Assembly (NCBI RefSeq): GCF_963921235.1
Contig: NC_086100.1
Span: forward strand, 11,160,001-11,224,000
DNA from: Mobula hypostoma
Lineage: Eukaryota
Direction of reading: 5' to 3'
Length of the DNA stretch: 64,000 nt
Shown: piece after piece, positions 34,081-47,430 of the stretch
Layout of the letters: every line of letters begins with the position of its first letter
How positions within the stretch are numbered: the stretch's first letter is position 1
Position numbers and translations under genes: made by a program
The notes under the pieces: generated by a model
Told to the model about the DNA's origin: nothing
Databases searched by the model: none
What the model saw: the letters and a program-made list of their open reading frames with translations, nothing else

Positions 34081-34642
34081 TTATGATCTTCATTATTTTG
34101 TTTGCGGCCAATTTCATGTTGTTTTGTCTATTTTCCCCCTATATTTTATTCCCCACTAGCTGAAATTTGGTAAAACTCTGATGTCAGGCTCCTAACACAT
34201 ACCAGGTATAGTGGTTTCATGTTAAAGGAGACTTTAGTTTTAAAACTCCCACCTTTTGTTTCCAAATGTCTCCGTGTTTTCACATCATATTTTCTCCTGT
34301 CTTAAATCATTCTCAGGCATTTGATTTCCTTGAATTCTGTCCCTTTTCATTTTCCACCCAGAGATGCACCCACTCTTTGGCCACTAAAAATCTAAACCCC
34401 TGGATACAAGACATTCTGCACATGCTGGAAATCCAGAGTGACACGTACAAAATGCCTGAGGAGCAACTAGTCCTTACTGTAGGTCCCACGCCACCAGGTT
34501 CAGGAACAATAATTACCTCACAACCATCAGGCTCTTGAACCAAAGCGGATAACTTCACTCACCTCAACACTGAACTGAGTCCACAACCTATGAACTCACT
34601 TTCCGGAACATTTATTTTTATTTATCTGTCTGGTTCCTTAAG

Positions 34643-35190
34643 GTTGTTATAGCTGGGGATGGGAATGGGGACAAGCTCCCACTACCTATTAAATGCTCTC
34701 AATGGTGTGCACCTCAACTAGCCTCTGACTACCAAGTCCAGCTTCTTGCATTCACTTGTGGCTTACCTTCTAAACCCAGTGGAACAGTCTCTAATGACAG
34801 GAGAAGGGGCAAAGGTGGGTTACTGGCTCCTTAAAACCAGTTCTTTCAGGCAGCTGGGCTCGTCAGCCGTGGTTGGCAGCCCATCTAGGAGAAGGAAAAC
34901 GCTGGTCCCAAACCTATGCTGCCTGTGGCTATACCCACTCATGGGGAAGGCTTTGGGAGGAAACCCTGATGGAAAAATCTGGAGCTGGGGTCCCTAAGGC
35001 AATCCTACATTGAGTTCAATGCCGACGGGAAACTCCTGCAACACTGCTGGTTCCAAACTGTATCGGTCTCTGCCGTTCCTTTGGGTTCATCAGATGCATG
35101 GAGAGGGGGAGCTTGCTACATGGGCAACAGCTCTCCATATCATACTGCCCAGGCTCACGTGTCTATCCATGGTCATCTCTGATCAATGGA
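34643..35190 (+). mobile_element. Probable RTE 5'UTR-derived non-autonomous element, inside a Rex1/Babar 3' end
   Basis: Resembles RTE 5'UTR sequence from memory only; interrupts LINE 3' sequence at 34485-34630 and 35200-35430. Confidence 0.4.
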
Positions 35191-36284
35191 GGCCCTTGAC
35201 TCAACTCGATTTATCTGTCTATTTATTATTTAAATTAGTTCTTTTTGTCATTGCACAGTTTGTCTTATTTCACACATTGGTTATTCATCAGTCTTTGTGT
35301 GTAGTTTTTCATTGATTCTATTGTAAGGTATTTCATTGTTCTACTGTGACTGCTCATAAGAAAATGAATCTCAGGGTGGTGTACAGGCACATATGCATAC
35401 GTTGATAACAAATTCACTTTGAACTTTCAAATTTGAGATTTTGCCTTGGTCACTCTGGTGAATTCCTGTGCACATTTGGATGACAGCACCTTGAACAGTG
35501 GTAGCTTTTGCCCAACCAGTCCATGCCAGCAAATATGCTCCTCTTGAGTCCTCTGATCTTTCCTCACCTCCCAAGTGCAGCTGTCTATTCCTTCTCTCTC
35601 ATAAACTTGCCCAGGTTCTCCTTAAGTGCAATTTGGTGTAACCGATTCCCATGGGATTTGAAGTCTGCATTCTCACCACTCTTTAAGTAAAGAAGTTATA
35701 TTTGAGGGGATTATATTGTATTTAGGGCCTCTGGTAACATTTTCATGACTCATCTCTTGAACCTTTTGTAAATTTGAAGACTTCTTTCAGGCCCCTCCTT
35801 AAACTCGCTTCTCAGGAGAAACAAAACTCTTCTGATATAGCTTCACTGTTTTAATATGAGTATGAAGTTCTTTTGAGGTTTAACCAAGATCGACTAAACA
35901 ATCCTGAATGCCTACGGGCTAAACCTTCTAGATCAGATCCCATGCAGACTTTGTCAAAGGCCTTGCTAAGACATTCGTGAGACCAAATTTGGAGTATTGT
36001 GTGTAGTGCTGATCACCTGCCTACAGGAAAGGTATCAATGAGGTTGAAAGAGTACAGAGAAAAATTGCAAACATGTTGCCAAGACTTGAGAACCTGCATT
36101 TTCGAGAAAGGCTGAATAGGTTAGGATTTTATTCCATGGAACACAGAGACTAAGGAAGATTTGACAGAGCTGTACAAAATTATGAGGGGTAAAGATAGGG
36201 TAAATGCAAGCGGACTTTTTCCATTGAGATTGCATGAAACTAAAACTAGAGGTCATAAATTTAGCATGAAAGTTTAGCATAAAT

Positions 36285-36477
36285 CTACCTTAGGCCCTGA
36301 ACTTATCAATCACCCCTGATGTGGACACTTTGTGGAGGTCCAAGATCTGTATGCTCCACGACCGCTGGACTAAGTGTGTAAATGTAGGAGGGGACTATGT
36401 TGAAAAATAAACGTGCTAGGTTTTCTAAAATTGACTCTTTCTATCTTAGGCCACAAACTTATCAATCACCCCTCGTA
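36285..36477 (+). mobile_element. Mariner remnant (transposase C-terminus and TIR)
   Basis: RWTKCVNVG-DYVEK* (1-nt frameshift) followed by acttatcaatcacccctcg-TA; a second TIR-like copy in the same orientation at 36285-36318. Confidence 0.7.
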
Positions 36478-36479
36478 AA

Positions 36480-36925
36480 AGCATGCAGATATGGTCTAGA
36501 CGTTCAGTTGTTCAGAATAGGGAAGAAGTGTTATCTTATTATCTTAGTGACCTTGACCATGGAATGATTCTTGGTGCTAGATGGGGTGGTTTGAGTGTCT
36601 CGGAAACTGCTGATCTCGTGGGATTTTTCACGCACAACAGTCTCTAGAGCTTACAGAGAATGGTGTGAAAAACAAATAAAAGAGCAGCAGTGAGCAGCAG
36701 TCTGTGGGTGAAAATGCCTTGTTGATGAGAGTGATCGGAGGGGAATGGCCAGACTGGATTAAACTGACAGGAGGGTGATAGTAATTCAAACAATGCATTA
36801 CAATAGTGATGTGCAGGAAACCATCATGTCGAACCTTGAAGCAGATGAACTATAGCAGCAGAAGACCACAATTATACATTCAGTGGCACTTTATTAGGGT
36901 AGCTAATAAAGTGACCACGGAGTGC
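36480..36925 (+). mobile_element. Tc1-derived non-autonomous element
   Basis: Reverse complement of the 5992 and 25456 family, with TIR remnants at 36875-36925. Confidence 0.75.
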
Positions 36926-36959
36926 ATGGCATGAAATATGTTTTCTTTTTTGTGTTTCC

Positions 36960-38200
36960 ATTTGTGTCACTATCTCCAGAATGCTCTCCTACTGAGAGAC
37001 CTGACACCTGACCAGGTTCATTTCCCAATACCAGCTCAAGTACAGTCTCTGCTCTTGTAGGTTTATCTACATATTGTGCCAAGAAACCTTCCTGAACACA
37101 CCTAACAAACTCCACTCCTTCTAAACCCCTCACTCTAGGGACATGCCAATCAATATTTGGGAAATTAAAATCTCCCACCACAACAACCCTGTTATCATTA
37201 CTCCTTTCCAGAATCTGTCTCCCTATCTGCTCCTTGATGTCCCTGTTCCTATTGGGTGGTCTATAAAAAAAATTCCTAGTAGAGTTATTGACCCCTTCCT
37301 ATTCCTAATTTCCACCCACAGAGACTCTGTAGACAATCCCTCCATGACTTCTTCCTTTTCTGCAGCCGTGACACTATCTCTGATCAACAGTGCCACACCC
37401 CCATCTCTTTTGCCTCCCTCCCTGTCCTGTCTGAAACAGCGAAAGCCTTGAAGTAGCCATTCCTGCCCCTGCACCATCCAAGTCTCTGTAATAGCCACAA
37501 CATCATAGCTCGAAGTGCTGATGCATGCTCTAAGCTCATCCGATTTATTCATAATAGTCCTCGCATTAAAATAGACACATCTCAAACCATCGGTCTGAGT
37601 GCGTCCCTCCTCTATCACTTGCTTATCCTCTCTTCCACACTGTCTCCAAGCTTTCCCTATTTGTGAGCCATCTTCCCTTTCTTCTGTCACTTCAGTTCGG
37701 TTCCCATCCCCCAGCAATTCTAGTTTAAACTCTCCCCAATAGCCTTTGCAAACCTCCCCAACCATGCTCAAATGGTTGAACATGGTGCGACCACTGTCCT
37801 GAGCTGCGTATATTTCAATGCAAGAAGTATCGTAGGAAAGGTGGATGAGCTCAGGGCGCAGATCAACACCTGGAATTACGACATTAGTGATACTTGGTTG
37901 CAAGGTGGGCAGGACTGGCAGTTCAATATTCCAGGGTTCCATTGTTTTAGATGTGGCAGAGCTTGAGGGATTAAAAGTGGAAGGGTGGCGTCATTATGCA
38001 CGAAAAATGTGATGGCAGTGCTCCATCAGGATTCGACTAGAGAGGCGTTATGGGTGGAACTGAGAAATATATGCCCATGTTAATGGGACTACACTACAGA
38101 CCACCTAGCAGTCCTAGAGATTTAGAGGAACAAATTTGTCAAGAGAACAGCAGGTTGTTCCCCAAGAAATAGAAGTTTGTTATAATCAATGGTTTTAACT
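36960..38200. mobile_element. Two divergent CR1 endonuclease-region fragments (36960-37760 -, 37770-38200 +)
   Basis: CVYFNARTI..DVVAITETW..GGVAL, VGDFNFPNIDW; CVYFNARSIVGKVDEL. Confidence 0.85.
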
Positions 38201-39159
38201 TGTCAGGATGAGAATGGTGAGTGGAATTAAAATGGTTGCTCACCAGGAAATATTGCCTGTTGTGGAAGGAGCTCAGGTCCCCCAATCTACATCAGGTCTC
38301 ACTGAGGGAAAAGGATTACAAGATGGCAGTTGATAAGTGAGACCAGTTGATGGGGGAAGGTGGGTTAGTGGTGGAGGGGGGGGGGAAGATGAAATGCGAA
38401 GCTGAGAGAGGTTAGGTGGAAACGTGAAGGGCTGAAGGAGAAGGAATCTGACGAGAGCGGATGGTGAATCACAGAATAAAGAGGAGGATGAGCATCAGAG
38501 GGAGGTGATGGGCAGGTGGGGATGGGTGGGGCTTTATGTTGAGATGGGTGATTAGTGCCAAGCGAAGGAAAGGATAGAAGCTGGGAGGTAATAAGTTGGA
38601 GCTTGGTGAGGAAAGACTGGCAAAGGGAGAAGAAATTCAGGTGGCTAAGTGTGGGTAATGGAACTAGAGTGGGGGAGATTAACAGATCCTTGTAAAAGGG
38701 GAGGGTGGAAAGAACTGTGTAGGAGATACCATTCACTCGACAAAGTAATGTGATGTTGATGGAATCTTAGAAATTACTTCCTCGTATGCACGTAATATAT
38801 AATTAAACCAGTGACTTAAATGTTAACCTTCGAATCATTCCGTCCAGTTTTGCAATAAAACTTCCTTGTGTAGTTTCGTATTTGTTCTAAAGCTCTACAA
38901 GGAAATACAGACAGCTGGAACACGTTGCAATTTCGCAACAAAACTATTTACATTTGTAATACATTTTTATTTACTGTTTTAAGAAAATTCCCAGAGCTTT
39001 TCGTGTAGAAAGTAAATTAAAAATGGGTTAGAAGTACGTTTGTAAAATAAAATCTCGTAGAATCCTTCCCTGTTGAAAGCAGAAAAACCTAATGGAGATA
39101 CAGTATATGAATCACCGGAGCCACTCGTTCCAACACACCTGAGTGCTTAACAAGGTCAG

Positions 39160-39536
39160 ACTACAAATCCCAGATTTGCCCGCGCTTTGCGCAGGCGTTC
39201 TGGCGCGGTATGTATTTTACGTCGGGTCGGGAATGCGACCCGTCCATCTTGCCTCAAAGTAGGTGGAAAGACATGTTGGTTTCGGTCTATTACATAATTG
39301 CAGTTAGTGTTGACCGAAAAACCTACGGTAAAATGGTACATATCAGTGTACTAATTTCAATTGGGACAAGCTCTGGTAGTGTTCTATAGAATGTGTTTTG
39401 GATGATAGGATGTGCTGTGAAGTTCCCTCCCTCTGATTTTTGGATGCCCAGCGGGTGGGGGTACGGGGCGGAGTCGAGGTGGGTGCGCACGCAGCGTTTT
39501 GTCCGTTGGCCGGGCGGGCGGGCGCCGGCCGCGGAG
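39160..39536 (+). promoter_or_regulatory. CpG-rich promoter / 5' region of the PRKCI-like gene
   Basis: ZNF143/SBS-type ACTACAAATCCCAGATTTGC (39160-39179), NRF1-like TGCGCAGGCG (39188-39197), GC box GGGGCGGAGT (39465-39474), further GGGCGG repeats at 39512-39524; locally high CpG density. Confidence 0.75.
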
Positions 39537-39616
39537 ATGCCCACCAGCAGGGAGAGCGTCATGTCGTGCCCGGCCGACGCTCACCACCAGGTCCGCATGA
39601 AAGCCTATTACAAAGG
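39537..39616 (+). CDS. PRKCI: First coding exon of atypical protein kinase C iota (start of the PB1 domain)
   Basis: MPTSRESVMSCPADAHHQVRMKAYYKG matches vertebrate PKC-iota MPTQRDSSTMSH..HQVRVKAYYRG. Phase-2 donor GG|gtaaga at 39617. I did not find exon 2 (DIMITHF..) in the window. Confidence 0.9.
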
Positions 39617-39933
39617 GTAAGAGCGAGGAGAAGGATTTGCCTTGGTATGGAGTTCCCCGTAACTGCTCGGTGGGGGCTGAGGTTCGTCCGCAGCCTCGGC
39701 ACGGCCGGTCGGGATGAAGAGTGGCTGTGGTGACGCGTAGCGAGGACTGGAGTGGGGGTTCATGTTGTTGCTCTGTTTGGCTTCGGAGTTGGTTCAGGAG
39801 TACGCAGTGTTCAGGAGCACCGGGGGGGGGGGTACGGCTGGGTATTGGAGGAGACGACAGTCGGTGAGCGGTGTTCAGGAGGGGATGGTGTGAGTAGGGG
39901 TGGGTGGGGTATAGAAAGTTTGAGTGGTATTTA

Positions 39934-40640
39934 GGGCACAGGAGGGAGTGGGGGAGTTGCTGCTGGGGCACAGGAGGGAGTGGGGGAGTTGCTGCTGGGG
40001 CACAGGAGGGGGTGGGGGAGTTGCTGCTGGGGCACAGGAGGGAGTGGGGGAGTTGCTGGGGCACAGGAGGGAGTGGGGGAGTTGCTGCTGGGGCACAGGA
40101 GGGAGTGGGGGAGTTGCTGGGGCACAGGAGGGGGTGGGGGAGTTGCTGCTGGGGCACAGGAGGGAGTGGGGGAGTTGCTGGGGCACAGGAGGGAGTGGGG
40201 GGGTTGCTGGGGCACAGGAGGGAGTGGGGGTTGCTGGGGCACAGGAGGGAGTGGGGGAGTTGCTGGGGCACAGGAGGGGGTGGGGGAGTTGCTGCTGGGG
40301 CACAGGAGGGAGTGGGGGAGTTGCTGGGGCACAGGAGGGAGTGGGGGGTTGCTGGGGCACAGGAGGGAGTGGGGGAGTTGCTGGGGCACAGGAGGGAGTG
40401 GGGGAGTTGCTGCTGGGGCACAGGAGGGGGTGGGGGAGTTGCTGGGGCACAGGAGGGGGTGGGGGAGTTGCTGGGGCGCTGGAGGGGGTGGCGGGTTGCT
40501 GCTGGGGCACAGCACAGGAGGGGGTGGGCACAGGAGGGGGTGGGGGGTTGCTGCTGGGGCGCAGGAGGGGGTGGTGGGTTGCTACTGGGGCACAGCACAG
40601 GAGGGGGTGGGGGAGTTGCTGGGGCACAGGTGGGGAGAGT
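39934..40640 (+). repeat. G-rich minisatellite, 29/32-bp unit GGGGCACAGGAGGGAGTGGGGGAGTTGCT(GCT), about 22-23 copies
   Basis: Directly visible tandem array; homogeneous to ~40470, then degenerate. Confidence 0.97.
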
Positions 40641-43600
40641 GGAGAGCTTAGTTTCAGGAGGGTGTGGAGTAGAGGAAGCTGGAGCATGGGGGTTGTTGTG
40701 TCTAGTCTTGTAAAGTAGGAAAGTGATAAATAATTTTGACACAATTGGCAATGAGTCAACTGTCTAACTTTCGTGGCAATCACTGAGACCCAGGTAGTGA
40801 TCAAGGTGCAGAGTTGGGTTGAGTAGGTGTCAAGATTGATTCTACTAAATTCAGAATTTGGTTTCATATCACTGGCAAATGGGAAAATATCCTGTTTTGC
40901 AGAAGTGGTAGAGTGCAATATGTTTTTAAAAAACTGTATAATATATAATTAAGTAGTGCAAAAGCGAGTCAAAAATAGTGAAGTAGTGTTTGTGGGTTGG
41001 TTCATTGTCCATTTAGAAGTATGATGGTGGAGAAGGAAAAGAAGCTGTTCTGAAACACTGAGTGTATGCCTTCAGGCTCCTGTACCTCCTTTGTGATGGG
41101 AGTAATGGAAGAGGCCATGTCAAATTTTTTGACTTGTGGTTGGTAGTATAGATCGTTGAGGGGGTTAAGTGTTGGAGTGGGTAAGGCAGTGGTTTCTCTG
41201 GTTGGCAAGCTGACTAGTTAGATAATGCAAGGGTTGCTGCTTAGGCCCTGGCTATTCACAATGTATATTGATGATTTGGCTGAATAGACCAAATGCCATA
41301 TTTCCAGGTTTGTCGATGCTATAAAACTGGTCGTAAAGGTAGGGGATGTAAAGAGACTTAAAGGGAAAAGAGAGGAACTGAATGAATAGACAAGAATTTG
41401 GTGGGTGCAATAATAAAATGGACACTTGTGAAAGTTTGTGCTTGAAACATTAAAGAACATGAGCCATTTTTCAATGGCAATATATTCTGGTTAATTGGGA
41501 CACAATGGGGCCAGTACATTTTGGCCCAATTAAAAGATTGCCCAAATTAGCTGATGTTTAATGGAAATAATTAAAAAGGTATAAGCTGACTGACAAATTA
41601 TGTATTTAAATATATAGTACTGTGCAAAAGTCTTAGGCATATGTATATCACTAGCGTGCCGAAAACTTTTGCATAGTACTGTGTCTGTCAGTGTGGAGTG
41701 GAGAACAAGTCTGTAAAGCTGGCAGGAGCAAAGGATGTTGGGAATGGCCACAGGAGGGGTATGGGACAGGTGGCAGAGGAGTGCTGGGACGGAGGGTGAT
41801 GGGTGTGCAAATTAGTTTTGTTGATCATTGCAGAATGTCTTTCTGGTGCCTTACCTCTCTGTTCCCCTTTTCCCAACCATGATTACCCCCTCCCTGCCCC
41901 CTCCCACTCTGTCCATAATAAAACCCATATCAGAATCAAGTTTATCATCATGCGTGTGTCATGAAATTTGTTTGTTCTTTGTGGCAGCAGAACAGTGCAA
42001 TACATAAAATTACCACGGTAATGTCTGAAAGTCTTAGACACATATATACAACTAGAGTGCACAGTGCTGTATTTATATATTTAATTTTTAAAAGATCTGA
42101 TTTTTTTCAAAACGTCAAAATAAAAATAAAATGATCAAAAATCATTTTTAAATTGGTGTCCATCGGCCCAAATGGATAACTAGTGATGCTAGCTAGAAAC
42201 TGTGTGGCAACAGTCTACTGGCCCAATTAAATGGCATGGTGTCCCAAATAAACAAAGGAAATCCCAGCTATTTTCTTGATTAGTTTTTGTTCTTTGAGTT
42301 GTCCTAAATAAATGTCCACCCTGATTAACTAATGGCCCAATTATCCAGAATCTGCTGTATGGAGGTGCAGCAAGCAAACGTTATGTTGGGTTTTGTTGCA
42401 AGAGATTTAGAGTGCCGAAGGAAAGGTGTGTTATGGCAATTATGTAAGATGTCGGTGTGATGGCACCTGGTATTGTGTGCAGTTTTGGTCTTGATTTTAT
42501 ATATAAAAAAAACAGCTTTAGAGCTGATGCAGTAAAAATTCACTTGTTTCATTTCTGGAATGGTGCGTATACTAACTGGGCATAATAGACCAGAGTTTGA
42601 GAGGATGAGAAGAAATTTCATTGAAACTCCAATTTCTTGCTGTAAGGGAGGATGTTTCCCCTTGCTGGGGTAGTCATTGTCTCAGAATCTGGAGTATGCC
42701 ATTTAGTACTGAGAATGGAAGGAATTTCTTCAGGCAACGGACAGTGAATCTTTTGAATTCTTTACTCCAGAGGGCTATGGAGACTCTGGTTTGAGTTATG
42801 CGTAACAGAGTGAAAGATTTCTTGATTTTTTTTATGGCTAACAAAGTATCTGCTAGTGCCGGTGAGATTGTAATAGCCATGATTTTGATAAGTTTGAAGA
42901 GCCAAGTGGCTATCACCTAATACTATTAAGAATTCTTTATGCTTTTTCAGTAGAGTGAAGTAATTTAGAGTGGCACGGACAGCAGAGCTGTTGCCTTTCA
43001 GCTCGATTTCATCAAGATATTTGGCTCTGTCTGTGCAGAGTTTGCAAGTTTCACTGCATGGATTTCCTTCCACATCCCACAGATGGTCACTGTAAATTTC
43101 CCAAAGTGTGTGGGTGCGTGGTAAAATCCGGGGAATTTGATGTAAATAGAGGAGTTGAATCGGATCAGCTCAGGTTTCGTGCAAATGGGTACTTGGTTGT
43201 TGGCGTGGAGTATGTTACATTATTGTATGACTCCATAACCTTTCAGGGGTCACTTAGGAGGACAACTTGAATAGCTCAGTTTATCATAAAATCAAAATGT
43301 GCAATTGTCCATTAGTGCTTCATTGAGGATGTCAGCCTAGGTGGTTGTCTCCATTTTTGGTGCAGAACAGGAATCTGCAATCTTCATCTGTGAGCAGTAG
43401 TTGCAGCTAAAACAGAGATAATTGGGCAGACATGGGCTGAATATTGGTAAATGTTTTTGTTAAAATGTAAAACCCGTTTGTCATTATCAATATAAAGTAA
43501 TCCTGAGGGCTGTAAAAGATATCATCAGATGGTGCCAATCCTAGGTTATATTTGAATACCACGAGACTGTTTCCCAGCATGGTGAATGATATTCCTCAAC

Positions 43601-43950
43601 CAACATTTATAAAACTAATGATCTGGCTGATTACAATTTGAGATCTTGCTGTGTACTTGATAACTTGTTGTTGTGGCGGGGGGGGGGGTGAAGGCTCCTG
43701 AGGGCAAAATGAAATCAGATTGGCCACTTTATCAAATGGTGTGATTCCTGTTGCTGAATGGCTTACACTTCATAATTCATATGCTTAGCTGTGTGCTTTC
43801 TAATTGTGACGTCACAGCTATGGTCTTACACTATCTTTAGAATATAGAACATGGAACAGCACAGCACAGACCCTTCAGCCCACGATATTGAGCCAAACTT
43901 TTAACTTCCTCTAGGATCAATACCTCCATGTGCCTATTTAAGAGTTTCTT

Positions 43951-45304
43951 TTTTTTTGTAATTTATTTTTTATTGAAGTTCATCATCAAACAAACATTTC
44001 CATAAGGTGTATTTCAGATAGTGTACATATATATCATAGTCATATATGCCACAAATCTCCACATAATACTTATCTGAGGTATACACTTATAGAAAAGAGA
44101 GGGAGGAAAGAAAGAACAAGCAAAAGGAGAAAACTATGTACAAGTAGGGAGTGATCTTTTTTACAACATATTCATTGATTTGTGAGAATGAAATCAGACC
44201 TATGAGGTGTTGTCGTTAAACCATTTTTCCCAGTATGAATCAAATTGTTCCAACTTATGATTAACATGCTGTTATCTTCTCCATTTTGTAAATGTCCATT
44301 GTAATTTCCATCCATCATTTAAAGTTGGGCTCTTCTGTGATAACCATTTCCTGGTAAGTCTTTTTACCAGCCACCAGCAGTATATTCATTATATATTTAT
44401 CTCTTTTACAACCATTCTTGAGGTGTATACCTAAACTATATGGTCTTTCTTTCTAAAGGTATTTCACGTTTAAAGATGTCTTGTATTCCACTCCGATAGA
44501 CTTTGATAACGGGGCATTTCCAGAAAATATAATGGTTTGCATTTTGATTTCCACAATTTCTCCAGCAAACAGGGAGGTTACTATCATAATGGGATTTCTG
44601 AGAGGGTGCGATAAAATATCTTAAGTTTTTCCATCCAAACTCCCTCCATTTCTGTGAACTGGTACACTTCCATTGATACCTCCATATTATTGTCCATTCT
44701 TCCTCAGATATAATTATCCCTCCTTCCTTCTCCCATTTTGTTTTAATGTATGAAGTCGAATATGTTTTAAGATTTGACAAACCATTATATACGCTTGAAA
44801 TGATTCTACTACCATTATCTGAATTATCTGCTTTTCTAAATAGCTCGATCAAACGTGTACTTGCCTTGGTTACATTTTTAACAGTCCTTTTAACATACTG
44901 TTGCATCTGTAATTACCGATAAAAGTCTTGTTTTTCTAATAAGTGTTTCTCTTTAAGCATTTCAAAACTGAACAGTGTTCCTTCCTTCATTATATTGCAA
45001 AGAACTCTTATTCCTTTAGCTGTCCAGCCCTTAAATCTGGCATCCAGTTTATTCGGCTTAAAATCCGAGTCATATGCACACCATTTAAGAATTGTAATAT
45101 CTCCCTCTAGTTTATATTCTTTTATAATAGTTTTCCATATTTTAAGAGTCCATTTCACCCATGGGTTATCGATAGTATTTATGTACCTTTGTAGGTTGTT
45201 ATCAGCCAAATTTGCTTGTATGGGGATGGGAAGTATCCCCTCAATATTTTTCCATTGAGCATCATATGAGTTGCACCAACATATCACAGCTCTCAACTCT
45301 GCTG
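43951..45304 (-). mobile_element. 5'-truncated L1-clade LINE (ORF2 C-terminus with CCHC-like region, 3'UTR, poly-A), inserted in a CR1 tail
   Basis: IKTKWEKE, CWRNCG..H..FWKCP; T-run near 43950; imperfect TSD tattta(ag)agtttctt on both sides. Confidence 0.85.
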
Positions 45305-45469
45305 TATTTAAAGTTTCTTAAATGTCCCTAAATTATCTGCCTCTATCACCACCCTGCAGGGCATGCTACACACCCACCACTGAAAAAACAACCTTTGATG
45401 TTCCCCCTATATTTTCCTATCAATATCTAATAGTTATTGATATTTTCCTATCAGTAACTAATCAATATG

Positions 45470-47165
45470 CTTCAAGGCCTAGGCCTCAATACCGCCTTGG
45501 GTAACTGGATCCTTGATCCATTTGCAGACCCCAGTCAGTTTGGGTTGGCAACATCTCCACAGTGGCCATCAACACAGGTGCACCACGAGGCTGTGTGTGT
45601 AGCCCCCTGCTTGCTTTACACTTATGACAGTGTGGCTAAGCACAGCTCCAATGTCATATTTAAGTTGCTGATGACACCACTGTCATTGGCTGAAAGGTGG
45701 TGATAAATCAGCATTTAGGAGGGAATTTGAAAATCTGGCTGAATGATGCCACAACAGCTCACTCAGTGTCAGTAAGACCAAGGAGCTGATTATTGTCTTC
45801 AGAAGGAGGAAACCAAAGGTTCATGAGCCAGGTTCATCAGGGGCTCAGAGGTGGAGAGAGTTAGTAACTTTACAACCCTCTATTATTATATCAGAATCAG
45901 GTTTATTATCACTGACATGTGATGTGAGATTTGTTAGCTTAGCGGCAACAATTCATTGCAATGCATAATATAGAAGAAAAAACCAAAATAAAATAATAGA
46001 TAAATTACAGTATGTGTATATTGAGTAGATTAAAAATCAAAAAAAACAAATACTATATATTAAAAAAGTGAGGTAGTGTCCAAGGGTTCAATGTCCACTT
46101 AGGAATCTGACGGCAGAGGGGAAGAAGCTGTTCCTAAATCACTGAGTGTGTGCCTTCAGGTTTCTGTACATCCTACCAGTGAGGAAAGGGCATGCACTGG
46201 GTGCTGGAGGTCCTTAATAATGGACGCTGCCTTTCTGAGACACTGCTCCTTGAAGATGTTCTGGGTGGTTTGTAGGCTAGTACCCAAGATGGAGCTGACT
46301 AAATTTACAACCCTCTGCAGCTTCTTTTGGTCCTGTGCAGTAGCCCCCCCCCCCCATACCAGACAGTGATGCAGCCTGTCAGAATGCTCTCCATGGTTCA
46401 TCTATCGACGTTTTTTAGTGTATTAGTTGACATACCAAATCTCTTCAAACGCCTAATGGGTATAGCTGCTGTCTTGCCTTCTTTATAACTGCTTCGATAT
46501 TTAAGAGGATCTTTCCTGGGTCCAGCATACAAGTGTCATTACAAAGAAAAAAACACCAGTGCCACTTAGTTGTTTGCAAAGATTTGGCATGTCGTCTAAA
46601 GCTTTGACAATCTTCTATAGATGTGTGGTGGAGAGTGTATTGACCGGTTGCATCACAGCCTGGTATGGAAACACCAACGTCCTTGAACGGAAAAGCCTTC
46701 AAAAAGTAGTGGATACAGCCCAGGCCATCACAGGTAGAGCTCTCCCCAGTACTGAGTGTATCTATGTGGAGATCGTCGCAGTAAGCCAGCATCTATCATC
46801 AAGGACTTCCCACTACCCATGCTGTCTTCTCGCTGCTGCCATCGGGAAGAAGGTATGGGAACCTCAGGATCCACACCTCGAGGTTCAGACAGTTATTACC
46901 CCTCAACCATCAGGCTCTTGAACCTGAGGGGATAACTTCACTCACCCCAACACTGAACTATTCCCATGGCCAATGGACTCACTTTCAAGGACTCTTCATC
47001 TCATGTTCTTGTTATTTATTTATTCTGTGATTCTGTATTTGCATAGTTGTTGGGTGTGAACTTTTATTGATTCTATTGTGTTTCTTGTATTTACTGTGAA
47101 TGCCGCAAGAAAATGAATGTCAGGGTGGTATATGGTGACATATGTACATTAATTTACTTTGAACT
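45470..47165 (+). mobile_element. Rex1/Babar-type LINE (+) with a nested antisense copy (~45890-46500)
   Basis: TGAPRGCV.SP, ADDTT, FYRCVVESVLTGCITAWYG; reverse-strand KKARQQLY and QDQKKLQRVV. Confidence 0.8.
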
Positions 47166-47430
47166 TTGGAAATCGATAATCACTTGATGTGCTGTAGTTG
47201 CACCTTGCTTCATTTTGCTCCATTTTGTAGCAATATGCTTTCATTCTTGGTGCAGGTTATTAGGAAAAGTGAAAATCTTAATCAGCTAAGACACCCGCTG
47301 CAATTATTTATTTCTTGTATTTTAAAACAAAGATCAACCTGCTTATTATTTTTGTTCAGGCGAACGCCTAACTCTGTGACCTCTGGTAGATATCTTAAAC
47401 TAGTAACATTGTGACCTCAGGCATTTTAAA

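Noticed and set aside
34740..34830. HDV-like ribozyme in the putative RTE 5'UTR
   Set aside because: Plausible for the clade, but I could not assemble the nested double pseudoknot from this degraded copy.
39934..40640. CRISPR-like array
   Set aside because: Units are contiguous with no unique spacers, and the context is eukaryotic.
39384..40918. Long Pro/Gln- and Gly-rich ORFs (455, 347, 269, 264 aa)
   Set aside because: Translations of the stop-free minisatellite in several frames on both strands; no sign of a real protein.
41480..42360. Tigger/pogo-like MITE with a nested element
   Set aside because: Partial inverted motifs (ttgggacac/gtgtcccaa) are visible, but termini and TSD could not be fixed.
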